Shown: positions 29,482-60,009, counted from the stretch's first letter. The stretch: DNA of 64,000 nucleotides from Chrysomallon squamiferum (GCA_012295275.1 CM022670.1:13578001-13642000), one strand, 5' to 3'. Notes: generated by a model from the sequence alone, not told the origin. Numbers and translations are program-made.

Positions 29482-29895
29482 AATTTAAAAATTAAATATC
29501 CTGTAATGTCAACATTCATATTCGATAATGAATATTTATACATAATATACAAAATAAATTGCATAAATGAAAGGGCCAAACTCAAAACACGATGTATGTT
29601 ATATCACAGATCAACTATCATGATTAACATGATACTATTCTGAGTATTCATTCTCACAGCTTTGTCGTTTGTTTTAGCTGTGATTTAGACCGTGTACCAC
29701 TGAGTGGCGAAGCCGCTGTGAAAATAAAATATATGATAAGCTTTATTTTGTAAATTCCCAAAGTAACATTAATGTTCAGGAAACTTTATTGAACACTGGC
29801 TGATTCGTGAACAACATTTGAATATAGATCATACCCCCATATAACCAAGCTTCGTCATCTTCTGTTGAAGGCAACTGCGCGGAGGTTGCCGCCAT
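1182..29895 (-). CDS. FIP1L1: Pre-mRNA 3'-end processing factor FIP1 (FIP1L1), 15 coding exons, ~467 aa
   Basis: Exons 5'->3': 29835-29895 ([20 protein letters not shown]), 28253-28286, 27801-27909, 27411-27505 ([14 protein letters not shown]), 26997-27049, 26434-26568 (EDKPWNKP), 25848-25966 ([23 protein letters not shown], the Fip1 motif), 25518-25584, 25042-25174, 24459-24571 (Pro-rich), 24005-24070, 5148-5175, 2751-2858, 1596-1760 (RD/RE repeats), 1182-1299 (TAA). All introns are GT-AG and all phases are compatible; total 1404 nt. Confidence 0.95.
11412..11822 (+). other. Probable 5' UTR portion of the receptor exon, containing several uORFs
   Basis: Pyrimidine-rich acceptor 'ttatttgtttcag|g' ends at 11411. 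uORF at 11424-11486 and an overlapping uORF at 11807-11974. Confidence 0.6.
11823..13367 (+). CDS. Adenosine receptor (A2-like class A GPCR), single coding exon, 514 aa, nested antisense in FIP1L1 intron 11
   Basis: Seven hydrophobic helices. TM1 YVTIE..GN, TM2 SLALAD, TM3 AVERF, ECL2 C-S-F, TM5 [17 protein letters not shown]6 [12 protein letters not shown]7 [15 protein letters not shown]. These match adenosine-receptor hallmarks (E1.39, H6.52, N6.55, H7.43). CCC follows helix 8, then a tail of ~220 aa. Confidence 0.93.
   Translation: MDATAFIYVTIEAVVGVISAVGNMLVLVAIYRTRTLQTATNCFIGSLALADLIVGLTVAPLAALSFVGLPHNLMGCLFVNSLVVVFTQVSIFGLLAIAVERFIAIKYPFAYQKCVTICRSIFTLAVTWILAWIVGLVPMFGWNKAKNWKADSNCSFTVVIGYDYMVYFNFFGFVLTPLLIMFAIYIYIFSIVHSQMAAMSALNITDSTKKKRKFLREIKAAKSLVFIIVLFVVCWLPIHICNCISQFCTSCNIPIPVLLAAIILSHANSMVNPVLYAYGNSKFKTAFRKLCCCPVSWDDGESTDYATHKPTSANHSGQPSGPVNHDTDTTQVSNPVTNGEIEFSDFKQQPINGNIKQSGNVNISTTELISTHHFTNGSQQKRSGDVYVIETESDSLNKTDKIFNNGLQKSIHKAKHSGNEETGVTESKPQQAVTESESFNISTQNAPDRGKEEISYSETGEKSGQYSEGRSEFDGTQDSNKDKQESDVYILESGDSSVPSPDSLSNNVILSTHL
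15285..15722. repeat. Degenerate ~28-bp minisatellite
   Basis: Recurrent 'tctttgttaactaaaatgattttgg'-like unit, interrupted by T-rich runs. Confidence 0.65.
16626..16760. repeat. (AAT)n/(GAT)n compound repeat
   Basis: Read directly from the sequence. Confidence 0.9.
18386..18496. mobile_element. Decayed dispersed repeat (SINE-like family), copy
   Basis: 'catcaagggataatttatatgcaccatc...aggacagtacatacc' aligns by eye with 44618-44690 and 50777-50852. Confidence 0.55.
24955..24988. repeat. (TGTAG)n microsatellite
   Basis: Read directly from the sequence. Confidence 0.9.
25971..26120. repeat. (TAAAA)n/(TAAAG)n pentanucleotide array abutting the acceptor of the Fip1-motif exon
   Basis: About 30 consecutive units. 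Confidence 0.95.
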
Positions 29896-30489
29896 GTCTT
29901 TTCGTTTTACGTTTTTCTCACCTTTTTCGGGCACCCTGCAACAAATTTTGTCCAAAAACCCACAGTTATCGTTTTATTAATAAAACTGAAAATTATAAAT
30001 AAAATAAAAATTGTACATTGACACAATACCATATATTTCTCCAAGTTTCAAAAAATTTAAAATTCTGTCCTTTAAAAATATTTAAAGTTTAGATTTAGAT
30101 TTTTTCCATGTATGTTGACTTTATAATGTTAAGGCAGTTCATCCAAATATCAAATACTAACAAACGTTTAGGTAACTTTTAATCGTCTTCTGTTTAAAGA
30201 GCAACTTCAATTTTAATATAATATTTGACTTAATTGTTTATACTCATACATACGAAACAAAATCTGGAATCGATTGGGGAATGATGAATAAAAACAATCA
30301 TTACTAATGGAATGTAAGTTTCTAAAATGATTTTACTGCAACAACAACAACACTGCAAAAGGATATTTTTGTGTGGAAATTAACCTACAAACAAATCGTA
30401 ATGCCTGCGCCCAGTCTGTGCATTAAAAAAGAATTGTGAAATTTTGTTTCTGCATCGGGATTAAAACATTTAATTTGTTTTGATATTAT
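29896..30489. promoter_or_regulatory. Putative bidirectional promoter shared by FIP1L1 and MTIF3, including a likely non-coding first exon of MTIF3
   Basis: Divergent genes. The FIP1L1 ATG at 29895 sits in a YY1-like AAGACATGGCGGC context. A + strand donor 'tat|gtaagt' at 30490 can pair with the acceptor at 31057, 1 nt before the MTIF3 ATG. Confidence 0.55.
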
Positions 30490-31058
30490 GTAAGTGAATT
30501 CATTGTCTCATAAATATTTTTATGATGGTATATCTATATGTAATCGTATCATGCTTGTTAAGTTGTTACCAAAATAAATTTATAACTAAAATTAATGACA
30601 AAATGTATAAATCATAATAATAATGTCAATTATATTTCATTATATTTATAATGATTATTTTTTTATGCTCAATTTCTGTATCTCTTTCAGCAAGAAGTCA
30701 ATTATTTATTATAAATAACATCTAACCAGAGTAAAGAACTGGTAAAAATATATAGCAATGCGTTAAAACTAAAACTAAATTATATGAAATGTTTGTAACT
30801 ATGCTTTACAAATTATTTATTTTATGTTCGATTTTGACCATTGCATTTCCTTCTCTTACACGTAATTCAACTTATTCAGCCTCAAATTTGCACTTCTTGG
30901 TGATTCTGACGATGCATTTTTAATTCAAAAAAGTAGATTTATTAAAGAAGATGTACATAGTTTGTGACAAATATTAACATCTCTTATTCTTAAAAGTGCT
31001 GTAATTGCATAATATTAACAGTTGCATTTTTATAATTTTAATTTTTTTTTTTTTCAGA

Positions 31059-32129
31059 ATGGCTACCTGGATTAACAACTGTCGATTTATTATTCTGAAA
31101 AAAGTATTGCAGATTTCAGTTATTAGGAAAACTCTTTATAATATAAATGCTGCACAGTTCAAAAATGTTGATATGGGTTTTTATACAGGTCTCTGTAGAC
31201 CACTGTCATTGGCAACACATGATCTGTCAAATGATTTTCAAAGGAAGGAGCACAGAAGCTATTCAACCTCTGGAATTCGGAAATTTTCCACCACTGCCCA
31301 AGTGTTAACATCAAAGAGAAAACCTATAGTGGTTTCTGAAAAGGTGAACACTGATGCACCAGCAAAACATGCAACAGTTCAAGTTTTTGACACATCTGAC
31401 AAACTCATTGGTAAGATGACTTTTGCAAAAGCTGAAGAGCTTGCTAAGAAGGATGACTTGAAACTTGTGGATATAGGAAAGAATGAAGATAATGTACATT
31501 GCTTTAAGTTGATGACAGGAAAGCAACTCTTTGAAGAAACCATGAAACAGAAAAGTAGCAAGAAGCAGGAAGGAGGAAAGAAAGAAAAAGAGTTTCGAAT
31601 TAAAATAAACATCTCTGACCATGATCTGGAAGTGAAACTAAACCAGATGAAAGGCATTCTGAAGAAAGGAATAAATGCAAAGGTTGTCATCCGAAATGAT
31701 TCGAAGACTAGTGAGGTATTAATTTTTATCTTTTTATGTTAATTATTATTTGGAATAATACAGGGATGAATGTTTAGAGCACTGACATGAACCTTGATAG
31801 GTAACGGTGTCACTCCTCTTTATTGGATTATTTCCCATTCCAGCCCTTGTGCATAGTTGAGAATTCAGTTGTGTGCTGATAACTAGTGAGCTTAACTTTA
31901 CTTAATTAAAATATGAATTTACTTGTTTACAAAATTAGCATTATTATTATTATTATTTTTTTTTTTTTTTTTCATTTTTAAATTTCAGGCAGAGGTTAAT
32001 AAGTTGCAGAGTAGTTTGTTGAAAAAAATTACAGAAAATATTCAGGATCTGGCAACAGTGAAAAAGGCTTCTAAAACTACAAGCGACCTCATCTTCATTC
32101 TCAAAGCAAATGAGGAGCAGGAGAGTTAA
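31059..32129 (+). CDS. MTIF3: Mitochondrial translation initiation factor IF-3, 2 coding exons (31059-31715, 31989-32129), ~265 aa
   Basis: Basic, presequence-like N-terminus. IF3-N (VQVFDTSDKLIGKMTFAKAEELAKKDDLKLVDI...CFKLMTG) and IF3-C (KEKEFRIKINISDHDLEVKLNQMKGILKKG..AKVVI). Phase-0 GT-AG intron at 31716-31988. Confidence 0.9.
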
Positions 32130-34768
32130 TCATGTACTTAGTAATACTTTACGTACTTTACAAACTGTGTTTTTTTTAAATGAAAAGATACACAGTACAC
32201 AACATGCTTTTATCTTTTGTTTCTCATTTACTAGAATCCATTACCTAAATTGAAACTGACATTGATCTTTCTCAGAATCAGATGACTGTAATAATAATAT
32301 GATGTTGAAAAAGATTAATAACAAAATTTTAATACTTAAACATTTCATTATATGCAGGTCCATTGTGATGATTGAATGTAATGTAGCAAGCACTGGATTT
32401 CTGTTTAATAATCAAGAATAGGCAGCTGTTTTTAAAATAAATTCACCGTTTCATGTGAAACCAAAAGTGATAAATTATTTTTATACATGAGACTCACCAC
32501 ATCTCACCAGTATAACATGATAAATCAGTGGATAAAGAAAACTGTATTTTGGATTTCAACTCAGTATCAGTTCATGGACAGAGGTAAGTGCTGGCACTAT
32601 TTCTCATACTTGGATTTTTGGCATCAAGATTCTATCCAGTAACAAAATGAGGAAGTTTTATCAAAAAGGAAATTTTGTATATTGAAAATATTGAAGAAAA
32701 AGATAACTGATTTTTAAAAAAAAAAAAAATGTTTTAATATATATGTGCTGTGTGTTGTTGATGTAGGAAAAAATGTACCATTGTTACCATTATTACTGGT
32801 ACAGATTTGGTTTGTTTAAATACTCTGCTAATAAATCTCTATATTAAATAAAAATAATGTTTGTCTTACATTCTATGAAGTTGCCATGACTTTAATATTT
32901 AACTGTGGGCAAGAAAAGAAAATAAAGCTAATAAACACCAAGATATGTCTCCTTTCTTAAAAAAAACCCCAAACAACATAAGATAAAATAACACAAAACT
33001 GGAAATGGATGTAGTGTCATTAGTCAATGACACTAATATATCTAGCAGTTGTGGACAAACTGAAAAACACAAAATATGCATAGAAATTGTTTATTTGCCT
33101 TCCACTGACAGTTGTCATAGGTATTACAAAGCTTATGATAAATTTTCACACCTAATTATTTCTGCATGTAATTAAAATTTTATAATCATTTATAACGTAT
33201 GACAGAATTCTTGACAGTAAATATGTAAAGTTAACTTTCACATTAACTGAGTGTCAAGATAAGATAAAGGCTCATTTAACTGTTATAAATTACAAGGTAC
33301 TGTCTCTGATACTAAATTAGTTTTCACGAACAAAATTTACTGTGGTTTTTACAAATCGAATGATTGTCATTTAAATACACTATGACGATAAATGTGGATA
33401 TCTAGATTTTGGATTCAAACTTAAGAGATCATGATTATATATAATGAATCTTGATGAAGTATTGCAACATTTTGATCAGTTTTCCTCTCCGTGGACCAAT
33501 CCGTAAGAAGGTTAAGTGGCATGGTTAATCATAATTAAATGATCCTGAAAGTTCAGTGGGTACTTCAGCTTCTGGTACACAAACATACAAGTCCAGTTAG
33601 TTGATTTTATATGACATATCTGAATTAATATGGATCAGTGGTAAGGAAAGAGAACAGAAATCAGAAATATGTTACTTCTAACATATCACAACATCATGCA
33701 TCTATAGTCTTTATGACAACCAGTTTTTACAAAAAAAAGAAAAAAATATATATCACACATGCAGCAAATAAATATATAGACGAATTACAGTGTTATGTTA
33801 TTGTTAAATGTTTCTTAATATGTAAAATATATATTTGATCTACAATAAGGCATGCTGTAATAAAATTTAATACACTCATACATATATAGGTGTGACTTGA
33901 AAAACATCAAATACATTTATATTTATGTAGATATTTCATGTACACATTGTAACAAACAATAAAATTTGCCCCCTGATGTACCAAAATATTTTTAACAATT
34001 AAAAAAGTATAAAAATGTGGGGTTTTTTTTGTAAAATTTTAATAGTAAAATATATGTATTTTAAAATAGCAGAAACAAAAAACATACCAAAAACATTTTA
34101 ACTTAGATGTTTAAAATCACATTTTAACTGTAACATAATACTGGATGCACGGAAGACAGAAATGTGTTAAAAATATTATGCTATAAACCCTATCACAAAA
34201 ATCTTCTGCAAATGTATTTTATGAAATTTGCAATTCACAGATTTATAAAGAGTATTCATTTTTCATTTCAAATAAAGTAAATAAATAAAATAAATTTAAA
34301 ACAACCAACAAAAAACTTTAAATAAAGAAGAAAAAAGCTAGCTAATTTTTCTAAGTTATACCGACAACTGAATGAGGTTACCATCAAATTCAATTCTATG
34401 ACATTTCCCAGTAAACATTCTTGTTTCATATACAACAGTTTTAAACAAGTAGTGGAAATTTGGTCTTTAAATAGATTAATTAAAAATATACAATAATGTA
34501 TTTAACAAAGCTGATTTCCAATACATTTTTTTAAAAAGAAGAAAAGAACTGTTGTATACTAATGAACTTGTATACAGGGTCACATTTTATATATCATACA
34601 TTTAAAATAAGGACATACAGTAATATAAATACACATGAATACACAGTAGGAAGAATAATACTTTGAAACATATAAACCAAAGTATTAGATGAAAACAAAT
34701 ATAAAAGTTTAATTTTACAAACATATAAAAATTATTCATAATTATGTGGGTTTTTAATGCCTGTTTAC

Positions 34769-34818
<50 letters not shown>

Positions 34819-34877
34819 ATATGTATGTATGGATACTGTAATGCAGTATATGTATGTGTGCATCTAAGTAAAAGCAT

Positions 34878-34908
<31 letters not shown>

Positions 34909-36664
34909 AGCACACACATCTGCATAGAAGTAAAACTCTGTTAATGATTTACAAAAGTTGTGAAGAGGTACAGTTATAAACATGAAGACTACAGATACAG
35001 AATGAACAGCTCTAGAATATCCTCATCAAACCAATACCACTTTTAAAATTCCCATTTTGTTTTGGCATCCAGTTCATATTAACCACCAGTGATGATGATG
35101 ATGATAATCATCATCACAGTAACAAACAAAAAAAAATTAAATACAAAGTAAATGAATAAATGAAAGAAAAGGTGAAATGCTTCAGAATCATAAATAACTA
35201 GCACAGTACACAGAAGAAATCAACCCAAAAAATTAAAAATTGTATGTCTACATAAGATTTTTAATTTTTAAATTAAACTACTAGTGTATGATGTAGCATT
35301 ACTGATGGATTCCCACTTGTTCTGATTATTTCTTTCAGAAGGCAGTGTTTAACCAAAAAAAAAGCTAAAAAACCCCTATTTCTATCCCATTTAACATAGA
35401 TACAAGATGTACCTGTATATGTGTTAAGCATTTAGCAGATTTAAAGCCAGTATTTGAAATCATGCTTTTATATAGAAATGTAACATGAAACAAAGTATGC
35501 ATTTCTAATGGATGTAGTTTTGGTCTTAATAATAAGCTATTATAACAGTTAAAAATTTCGAATGTCTGATTCACGTGGAATGAGATTTTTTTTTAAAAAT
35601 TACAAAGTAACAAAAATATTAGTATGTTAGTGATTAATATTTCTTATAACAAACTTACATACAAAAATATTAATAGAAACAAAATAACAATATAAATGAA
35701 TAAACTTTCACATATATTAATCAACAATAAAAGTATGGACGATGCAGAATTTTAAAAAATGTTTCAAAAACTCAGTCTGTTTTAGGTCTGATTAAAACAA
35801 TTTGATTAAACTGTTCAGTACTGGTCTCTTCATAGCTGACTTATTTTACATAAACCAATTATAAGAACACATTTTAAAGTTGAGCAAATGATGTATGAAT
35901 CCACAGATTCTATAAATAATGCCAGTAGTTTATTTTTCTACAAACAATTAGGAATGTCAGAGAAAAAAAAAAAAAAAAATCCCTTTTATTATTATATTTT
36001 AATGAATGGTTCTTGTAGTTTTAATAATTGTGCAAGTTTATATATTTCTTTAATTTTTAAATGACTACATCCTGCACTGAACACACTGTTTAAAGTTATC
36101 AGTACAGTGAGATGGATTGTTACTCAGTGACTGACACTTCCAATCGTTCTTTCTGCAGATCACATGAATGTGATTGACAAAACAAATAATGAGGTAAGTC
36201 TTAGCCATTACATATGACTGACAAGATAACAGAAGAGCAACTCCAACCAAATATGGTTCTAAAAGTCTGACTGACAAGACAACTGAAATAATCAACCCCA
36301 CCCATTACACTTCTAAAATTCAGCAACAGTACAACAGACAGAATAATGCTGGTTATTGTTGAGCAACTTACATCAACTCGGTTATAAAAGTCTGATGGAC
36401 AGTGTTAATTCCACAATTTACCCAAGGAGTATGTTCTTTTGCTAGTAACAAACAACTGGAGACACTACCTGTTTAAACAAACAGATGATGAAAGTAATTC
36501 ATAAAATATAGAAAATGAGATACAAAATTTAAAATGAAATAAAAAATAATGTTAATAATTAAAAAGACTAAAACACAACAACAACAAAAAAAAAAAGAAG
36601 AAAAAACTCAACATAAACAACAAGAATAATAACAATAACAATAAAATAATAATAATAACAATAA

Positions 36665-36702
<38 letters not shown>

Positions 36703-36892
36703 TTAATTTAACAAATAAAATAATTATTTACAGATTGTGCCATGGAATGTAATTTTGCAATATTCTGACACTTACTTAGAAAAATACACATATTAAAAGA
36801 ACAACCAAATTATTCTCAAAATGTCAGTGGAATTGATTGTAAAAATTGGAAACCTGATGTTTTGGCAGGCATAATTTAAAAAAAACAACAAT

Positions 36893-36923
<31 letters not shown>

Positions 36924-39540
36924 TTCCCTTTTATACCATCTGAAAAAAGCATTACAAATAAATAAGCAAATAAAAATATTGTTCTGGTGGTAAAAAATTG
37001 ATGTGAAAGTTATATCTTTCTGTTCTGTAGTGCTAAAGTTTCTAGTCTATATTTCTTATTGGAGAAAACTCAATTAAAATAAACCAATATTTACTTTAAA
37101 AACATTAAAAATTTGTCATAGTATTAAATAAATAACAGTAATTTTATAGTATATTGAGGTTTACTGGGTTTTTTATTTTCTTTTTCTTTTTTACTCTTCT
37201 TTAACTTCAAAAATTAAAACAAAATGTGTAATTTATTGAAATCTCTGATAAAGTTACTTTCATCAAATTTAAAAGTTAAAACTATAAAAACATCTATGCT
37301 TGTAAAGAAAATACCTAAAAAGTTTTAAATCAGTTCATAACTACAAACTATATATTAACGAGAAAGACAAAAGAAAAAAGAAAAAAATAGTTTAAAATTT
37401 TTATAATGTATCTGCTTGTGTTCATTCTCAGAGTTTGTAAATGTGTTATGGAAGCTGTAACAGTACAAACATATAATGGCTGTTTGGCCTAAGCTACAGT
37501 GTATAAGCTTAATGCAGAAATGTGAAAACAAAAAAAACATGAAAACAGATAATTTTATTTACAGTGTAAAAAAAAATTGTTTTGCCATCTTAGTCTGAAC
37601 TGATAAAAGAACAGGTTGTCATTTTTGAATTAGTTCTGGATATGAATCCACCTATACACGTGTGTATGCAAACACATGAATACACACATACAAGTATACT
37701 GTGAAGTGTAAGTAAGCTGAAGTTTGCTATGCTACTTCAAACTGAGTCCATATATATTCAAGTTATGAATGCATATGTATACCAGCATACAATATTTATA
37801 TACTTTAGCTCTTAATTAGCAGTTTCAGTTATCTCAAGAAGACACACACACAAACACACACATACACACACACACACACACACAAACTCAAGATATACCA
37901 AAATCTAAAATTAATTGTGTTAGCTTAAATTACCAAAATCGTGTGTATGAATAACCACACATACAAATTAATATAAAACATTCTCTCAGAATCTTGATCT
38001 ATCATGACCAGGTCATGACAAAAACAAAAACAAAACACTCACACAAGCCATCACTTCCCTTCCAAAAAAATAATTAAAAAATAATAATAATTTATTATCC
38101 TGCATTGAGCAAAAGCCTGCCATATTTTCTATAATGTTACCACTACAGGTCTAATTACATACAAAGAAAACATTCATCTAGACACAGAGAACCCTCACAT
38201 TAATGGACAAATTGGAATGAAAAATCAGTTAATGCTAAATATTCACTACTTCTGGATGATGATAAAAGCACTAGAGTATACAGGGTAGATAACAGAGCAG
38301 TGCTCAAATGAACAAGGGTTCACTGTATGAATGCTATTATGACAAAGCTTTGTAAAACAAAGAAACTGTAATAAAATCACTGCCAGTGAATTAAAACAAA
38401 GCTCAGATGATCTATCAACAACTGTTTGCACCTTGAAAATAACGTACCTCTTTTTAAAAGAAGTCAGCTTTCCACTGAAAGATAACATCTTGGTAGGTGA
38501 AAAATGTCACTGTCTAATACTTAGAGAATATACAAATGAAAAGAATTTGATATAAATATTATAAAAATTCAAGGTAAAGTGTATTATGCTATTCTTAAGT
38601 CAAACATCATTGTGCATGTTGCCCAGTATACCAGATGCTGAAGAGTGCAGTAATCATGCATGTATGTGCATTCTTGTTTATAAAACTGTTTATTTGTGTA
38701 AATCTATTATTTAAAAATTTGGTTTTAATTATTATTATTTATTTATTTCTAAATAATTGCTTTTACTGATGTATTAAATATCTACATAACTAATTTAAAA
38801 AAATGTAATATTTAAATGTTAATCTTTGTAATAAAAGATCTGGATTAAGGTTATGATTTTTACAAGTACTTTCATTTCGGTTTATCTTACATGTATCTAC
38901 ATCACTCATCAGCGATTAATTGTGTCTGTTTATTGGTCATTGTCTCTTTCCAAAAGCAATTACACAGCAACAAAGGTATCTTTTCTTATAAATCAAAATC
39001 TAGGTTACTATTTCCACAACTGAAGTTTGTTATGTAAGAAAAATGAATTACGTATAGAACATAAACCAAAATAAATATTTCTGCTGGCAGAGTAACAAGG
39101 CAAAATTATGTATAGAAAAAATAATTCTAATGTCCATGGCAGAAATACTAACAGTTTTACATTTGTTTTTCCAGCATTACTAGATGAAAACATTTTACTT
39201 ATTAATACATTTAACTTGATCTTATATAACATACAAAAATAATAAATTAAATAAAAAATAAAAAATACATTTCTGTTTCTCACTCTATATGCTATTCCAG
39301 TGTGGTAACATTATTATGAAGTGTACATATCAATTAACAGTACCTTTCTCACACACATTACCAGTGATATTGTGGTAAGTTCATTTCTTTCATTATTTAA
39401 TTTAACCCAATTCATCATAATATGTTTTCTTTCTTCGTCCTTTTTTTAAAACCGTATTTGCTTCAACAGCAGACATTTTCAAATCGGGTGGTAGTCATTT
39501 CCTCCAGGGTTGGTGCTCCATTTAGTTATTAAACAACTTG

Positions 39541-56018
<16,478 letters not shown>

Positions 56019-56977
56019 GGTTGTCCATATGTCAATATAACATCCTGAATAACAATAACAATAATAACAACAGCAAAAAACAATAAAACAAGTTTATCAT
56101 TAGCAAAGTTGCAACCATCCTATTAATTGGCTACTGAATTAAATCACAAGAGAAGACATTATTGAATCTATTTTGGGTATTTTGTTGTTATACTTTATTA
56201 TTAGGAAAGACTGATTACCATTGAAAATAGATTTAAAACATAAAAAAATAAATAAATAATATTTTGTTGAAATATCTTGGACAAGCATTTTCACTTTAAG
56301 TTTAAACTGATAAATGTAACAGCTATCATATTTAATTCATTTTCTTAAGTGTTTATTTGTCTTTCTTTTTTTTTCTTTTCATTTTTTTTAATTTTGTATT
56401 ACTTACATGTTTCAGTTTCTGATAAATTTATATAATTTGTGAACGTGTGTTTTAGTTTTTTAACATTAAATGAATTACATTATTTCATACTGCATATTCA
56501 CACACACACATGCACACACATACAAACACACACATGATCACAGTTCATATGTCGAAAACATATAAATAAATAAAATTCATATGATATTCTTTTACCACCT
56601 AAGCAAACTACCTTTCACAAAATAGGAACGCAAATACATATTACATCCGTGATTGATAAAGATCAAATATACCACATTGCACAGAACAAAGATCTATTGC
56701 ATAATACTATTAATAGTATAAAATGTGCTTACATTTTTTATTATTGCTATTATTATTTTATTTATTTTTAACTTAAATAACCGTGATCAACAGTCAGAAT
56801 AAATGCAATGTCTAAACAGAACAGTGACGTCTCTGAAGGAGATCTGATGATATAGGTTTACACCACCATAATCAGGCAAAATATCTTTGAACCCGAACAC
56901 ACTTTAAAAATACATAATGATAATAAAAAATGGCCAAAAAGTGAAATTTAGCAACATGTTTCTATGAAATTCTTTAC

Positions 56978-57060
56978 CTGTACACAACTTCTTTTGTCTG
57001 ACACACTTCACTGTTTAGATCAAAATCAAACTACGAAAGCAAACAAGGAAGTTGTTCAGA
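56978..57060 (-). other. Possible non-coding first exon of the Tec kinase
   Basis: Minus-strand donor CAG|gtaaag at 56977. The coding exon has an acceptor at 56045, 26 nt before its ATG. The 5' boundary is a guess. Confidence 0.4.
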
Positions 57061-57429
57061 GCTAATTGCGCTCATCGCAAATGTACTTTATGGAGCTAAC
57101 TTGTAAAGGTTTATCATGTATATTTGTTATCGGTTAGTTTAGTCTGATAGAAAAAATGACAAGCAATATGTCGCTTTATGGTGTTAATTATTTTTCATTT
57201 CTGTGTTTCACGTTTGTTGGATAATTTATTTCGTCAGAAGCTTTTCTGAACCTGATTCTACTGCCAAATCTAACAAAATGCTATCTTAAATTGGTACAAC
57301 ATTAATTTTTAGACTTAGCTTTGAATTCCTATTCCACTTAATTATAATACAAGGAGTCAAGAAAAATAATTTAAAACTAAAAATGTTTATACAGTTTTTT
57401 TGGAATGTACTACTGTCTTTATTTTTGTA

Positions 57430-57486
<57 letters not shown>

Positions 57487-59030
57487 CGCAAATAATCTTC
57501 AATAAAACTGTAATCAACTAAAAAATATATATTTGGTTTTTGTTTTTATTATGATTTTGTTTATTTAGTGTATATATATATAATTTTTATTTAACTATTT
57601 ATTTATTTCTCTCTTACCAGCTTTATATAAAATCAGTAAAAGAATTTGAGGACGTCAGTAACCACGGCAAATAATTAATATTTAAAATTATGTTAATAGT
57701 TACCTGTTAGTAATTAAACAAAGTTTTTAACAGATATGGGTATATTATTATTATTATTATTATTATTATTGAAATAACTAATATTAAATATCGATACTTA
57801 ATTATTAAACTATTGAAATTTTAACTCAGTGTTTATCTTTAAAAATAAAATAACAAAAACAAACAAAAAAACACTTTAAATTTCTTAATATTATTATTAT
57901 TCAGCTAAAAACAATAAGAGAGAAAGAAGAAGAAAAAGCCTATATTATTGCATATCATTTGTTCCTTTTACGCTATTAACTTGTTGGTGCTACTTCGGCG
58001 TGTGATCTACGCGTCGTGAAACTAGTTTGTAGCACCAAATTGGAAATGGAAATGGAAATGGAAAAAAATTAACGTGCTAATCAGAGCAAGCTGTAACACC
58101 AAATTGTTATTGCTCGGTTTATAACGCATTCTGGTTGTAAAGATCTTACCATTCGATAAATACATTGGCGAGGCGAGGCACAAATAATTTTGATAGCAAT
58201 TTCATCTGTACAAAAGGTCTTTGTGTTTATGTCGCTGCATCATGTTTCAAAAATAAATAGACTCCTAAAGGTCTGTTGCTGGGCTAATATTAGAATAATT
58301 TCACTATAATCAAGGTAAAAATGTAAAACAATGAAATTCTTTAATTGTTTGCTCCAGTTCGCTAATACTTTATGCTCTCTTCTCCGAGAGCTGTTTTAGC
58401 CTAGTATTATTTGATTAAAGTTACACTTACTTTCCGCAAGTATCGTTAATAGTTTTCTTCTTCTTCTTTATTCGTTATTCGTATTTTTTTGTATTGTTAT
58501 TATTATTTTTATTTTTTTATTATTCATATTGTACATTAATATTTAATTATTATATTGCATGCATCAGTACAGATTCGTCAGCTTTTTAAGATTACATAAA
58601 TTGAAATAGTAAACGATACGATCACATCGATAAATACTATAAACCTACGTATGAACGTAAATCCAAATACAATTAATTATATCTAGACTTTTGATAAGGA
58701 ATCCGTAATTATATAATTTATAGCAATGACATCTAAACATTTATAATATTATATTGCTAGTTTTTGTGTCAGTCTTGTTTATTATTTGGTAAAATTAATG
58801 ACTGAGAGATGAGCTTGTTATTTCATTACATGTACTTGTTGACTAACGGCATATATGTATAATGCATATAATATTTTATTTTTTATCAACCAAATATATT
58901 TTACTGTGCAAAATGTTGATGTATAATGTCATTTTTTTTAATTATTATTTTTTTCATTCTTTCTTTCTTTATTACTAACATTATTGTTATTTTTTTATTA
59001 TTATATATATATTTTTTTAAAGTGTTCAAG

Positions 59031-60009
59031 ATGACAGAAAATCAGGGAGTCAGTGCATTTCCTCTTCCCCCAATGCAGTATGTAAACCTGTATACAGATG
59101 AAAATGTCAAGAAAGGTCGAGTGCCACCCCCTCCTTTACCTGTGCAAGTGAGTTACTTCAGTCCTTAATACGCTGTAAAAACAAATAGTTTTACTAAGCT
59201 GGTGCCTGTTAATGGCAGTAAGATGAAGTGAACCATGCATGCAGATGTTACCATTTACTTGTCAGAATCGTCACAGATTAGGAAATATTTTATTTAATGT
59301 TCTGGCATATATTTTCATTTACATTCAAACATTAGTTTAAATAAATGTAATTATAAATGAAAAAAAAAAAAATTGTGTCCTCACTAATTAATAAAATATA
59401 AAACTGCTGCGTTTAACTTTTCTTACAGTGCTCACATGTCATGTTTATACTTTTATTTTTCAGGACAATTACACAATGTTTGGCCAACCATTTTCAGCTG
59501 ATGATGCAATCATTCGACCTCTAGAGCAGTCTGGCTGTAGAAGGTTGTATCCACAAAATTATGATCACAAACGTGAACTGAAAAAAATAAACCATTCCAT
59601 AGTAATCAACTTCTTGGACATGCTTGACGTTCTAATCCATGCCCCAGAGTCTCCCAAAAGAACTGAAAAACTGGATGACTTGAATTTACTGTTCATTAAT
59701 TTTCACCATCTGGTGAACGAGTTCAGACCTCACCAAGCCAGAGAGACACTGCGTGTTATGATGGAGGTGCAGAAAAAACAGAGACAAGAGATTGCTGACA
59801 GATTTCAGAAACATTTAGATAAAGTTAAAGAACTTATTGAAGAGGCCTTGAATAAACTTCCAGATGATCTGAGTCTTGATTCAAAGTTCATGGTAAAAAG
59901 TGAACTACTGTTACAGTCGGCAGGCAAAACAGATGATGATTCCTTAGATGGTGAACCATGCGATCGACTTGATCAGATGATGTGTGACATTGTTGATGGG
60001 ATGAGCTGA
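59031..60009 (+). CDS. MED7: Mediator subunit 7, 2 coding exons (59031-59147, 59464-60009), ~220 aa
   Basis: [11 protein letters not shown]...PPPPLP|DNYTMFG...[28 protein letters not shown]...[29 protein letters not shown] is the classic MED7 signature. Phase-0 GT-AG intron. Confidence 0.96.

Noticed and set aside
31311-31690. Two 103-aa antisense ORFs
   Set aside because: Shadow frames of the Lys/Glu-rich MTIF3 exon, with no recognisable motifs.
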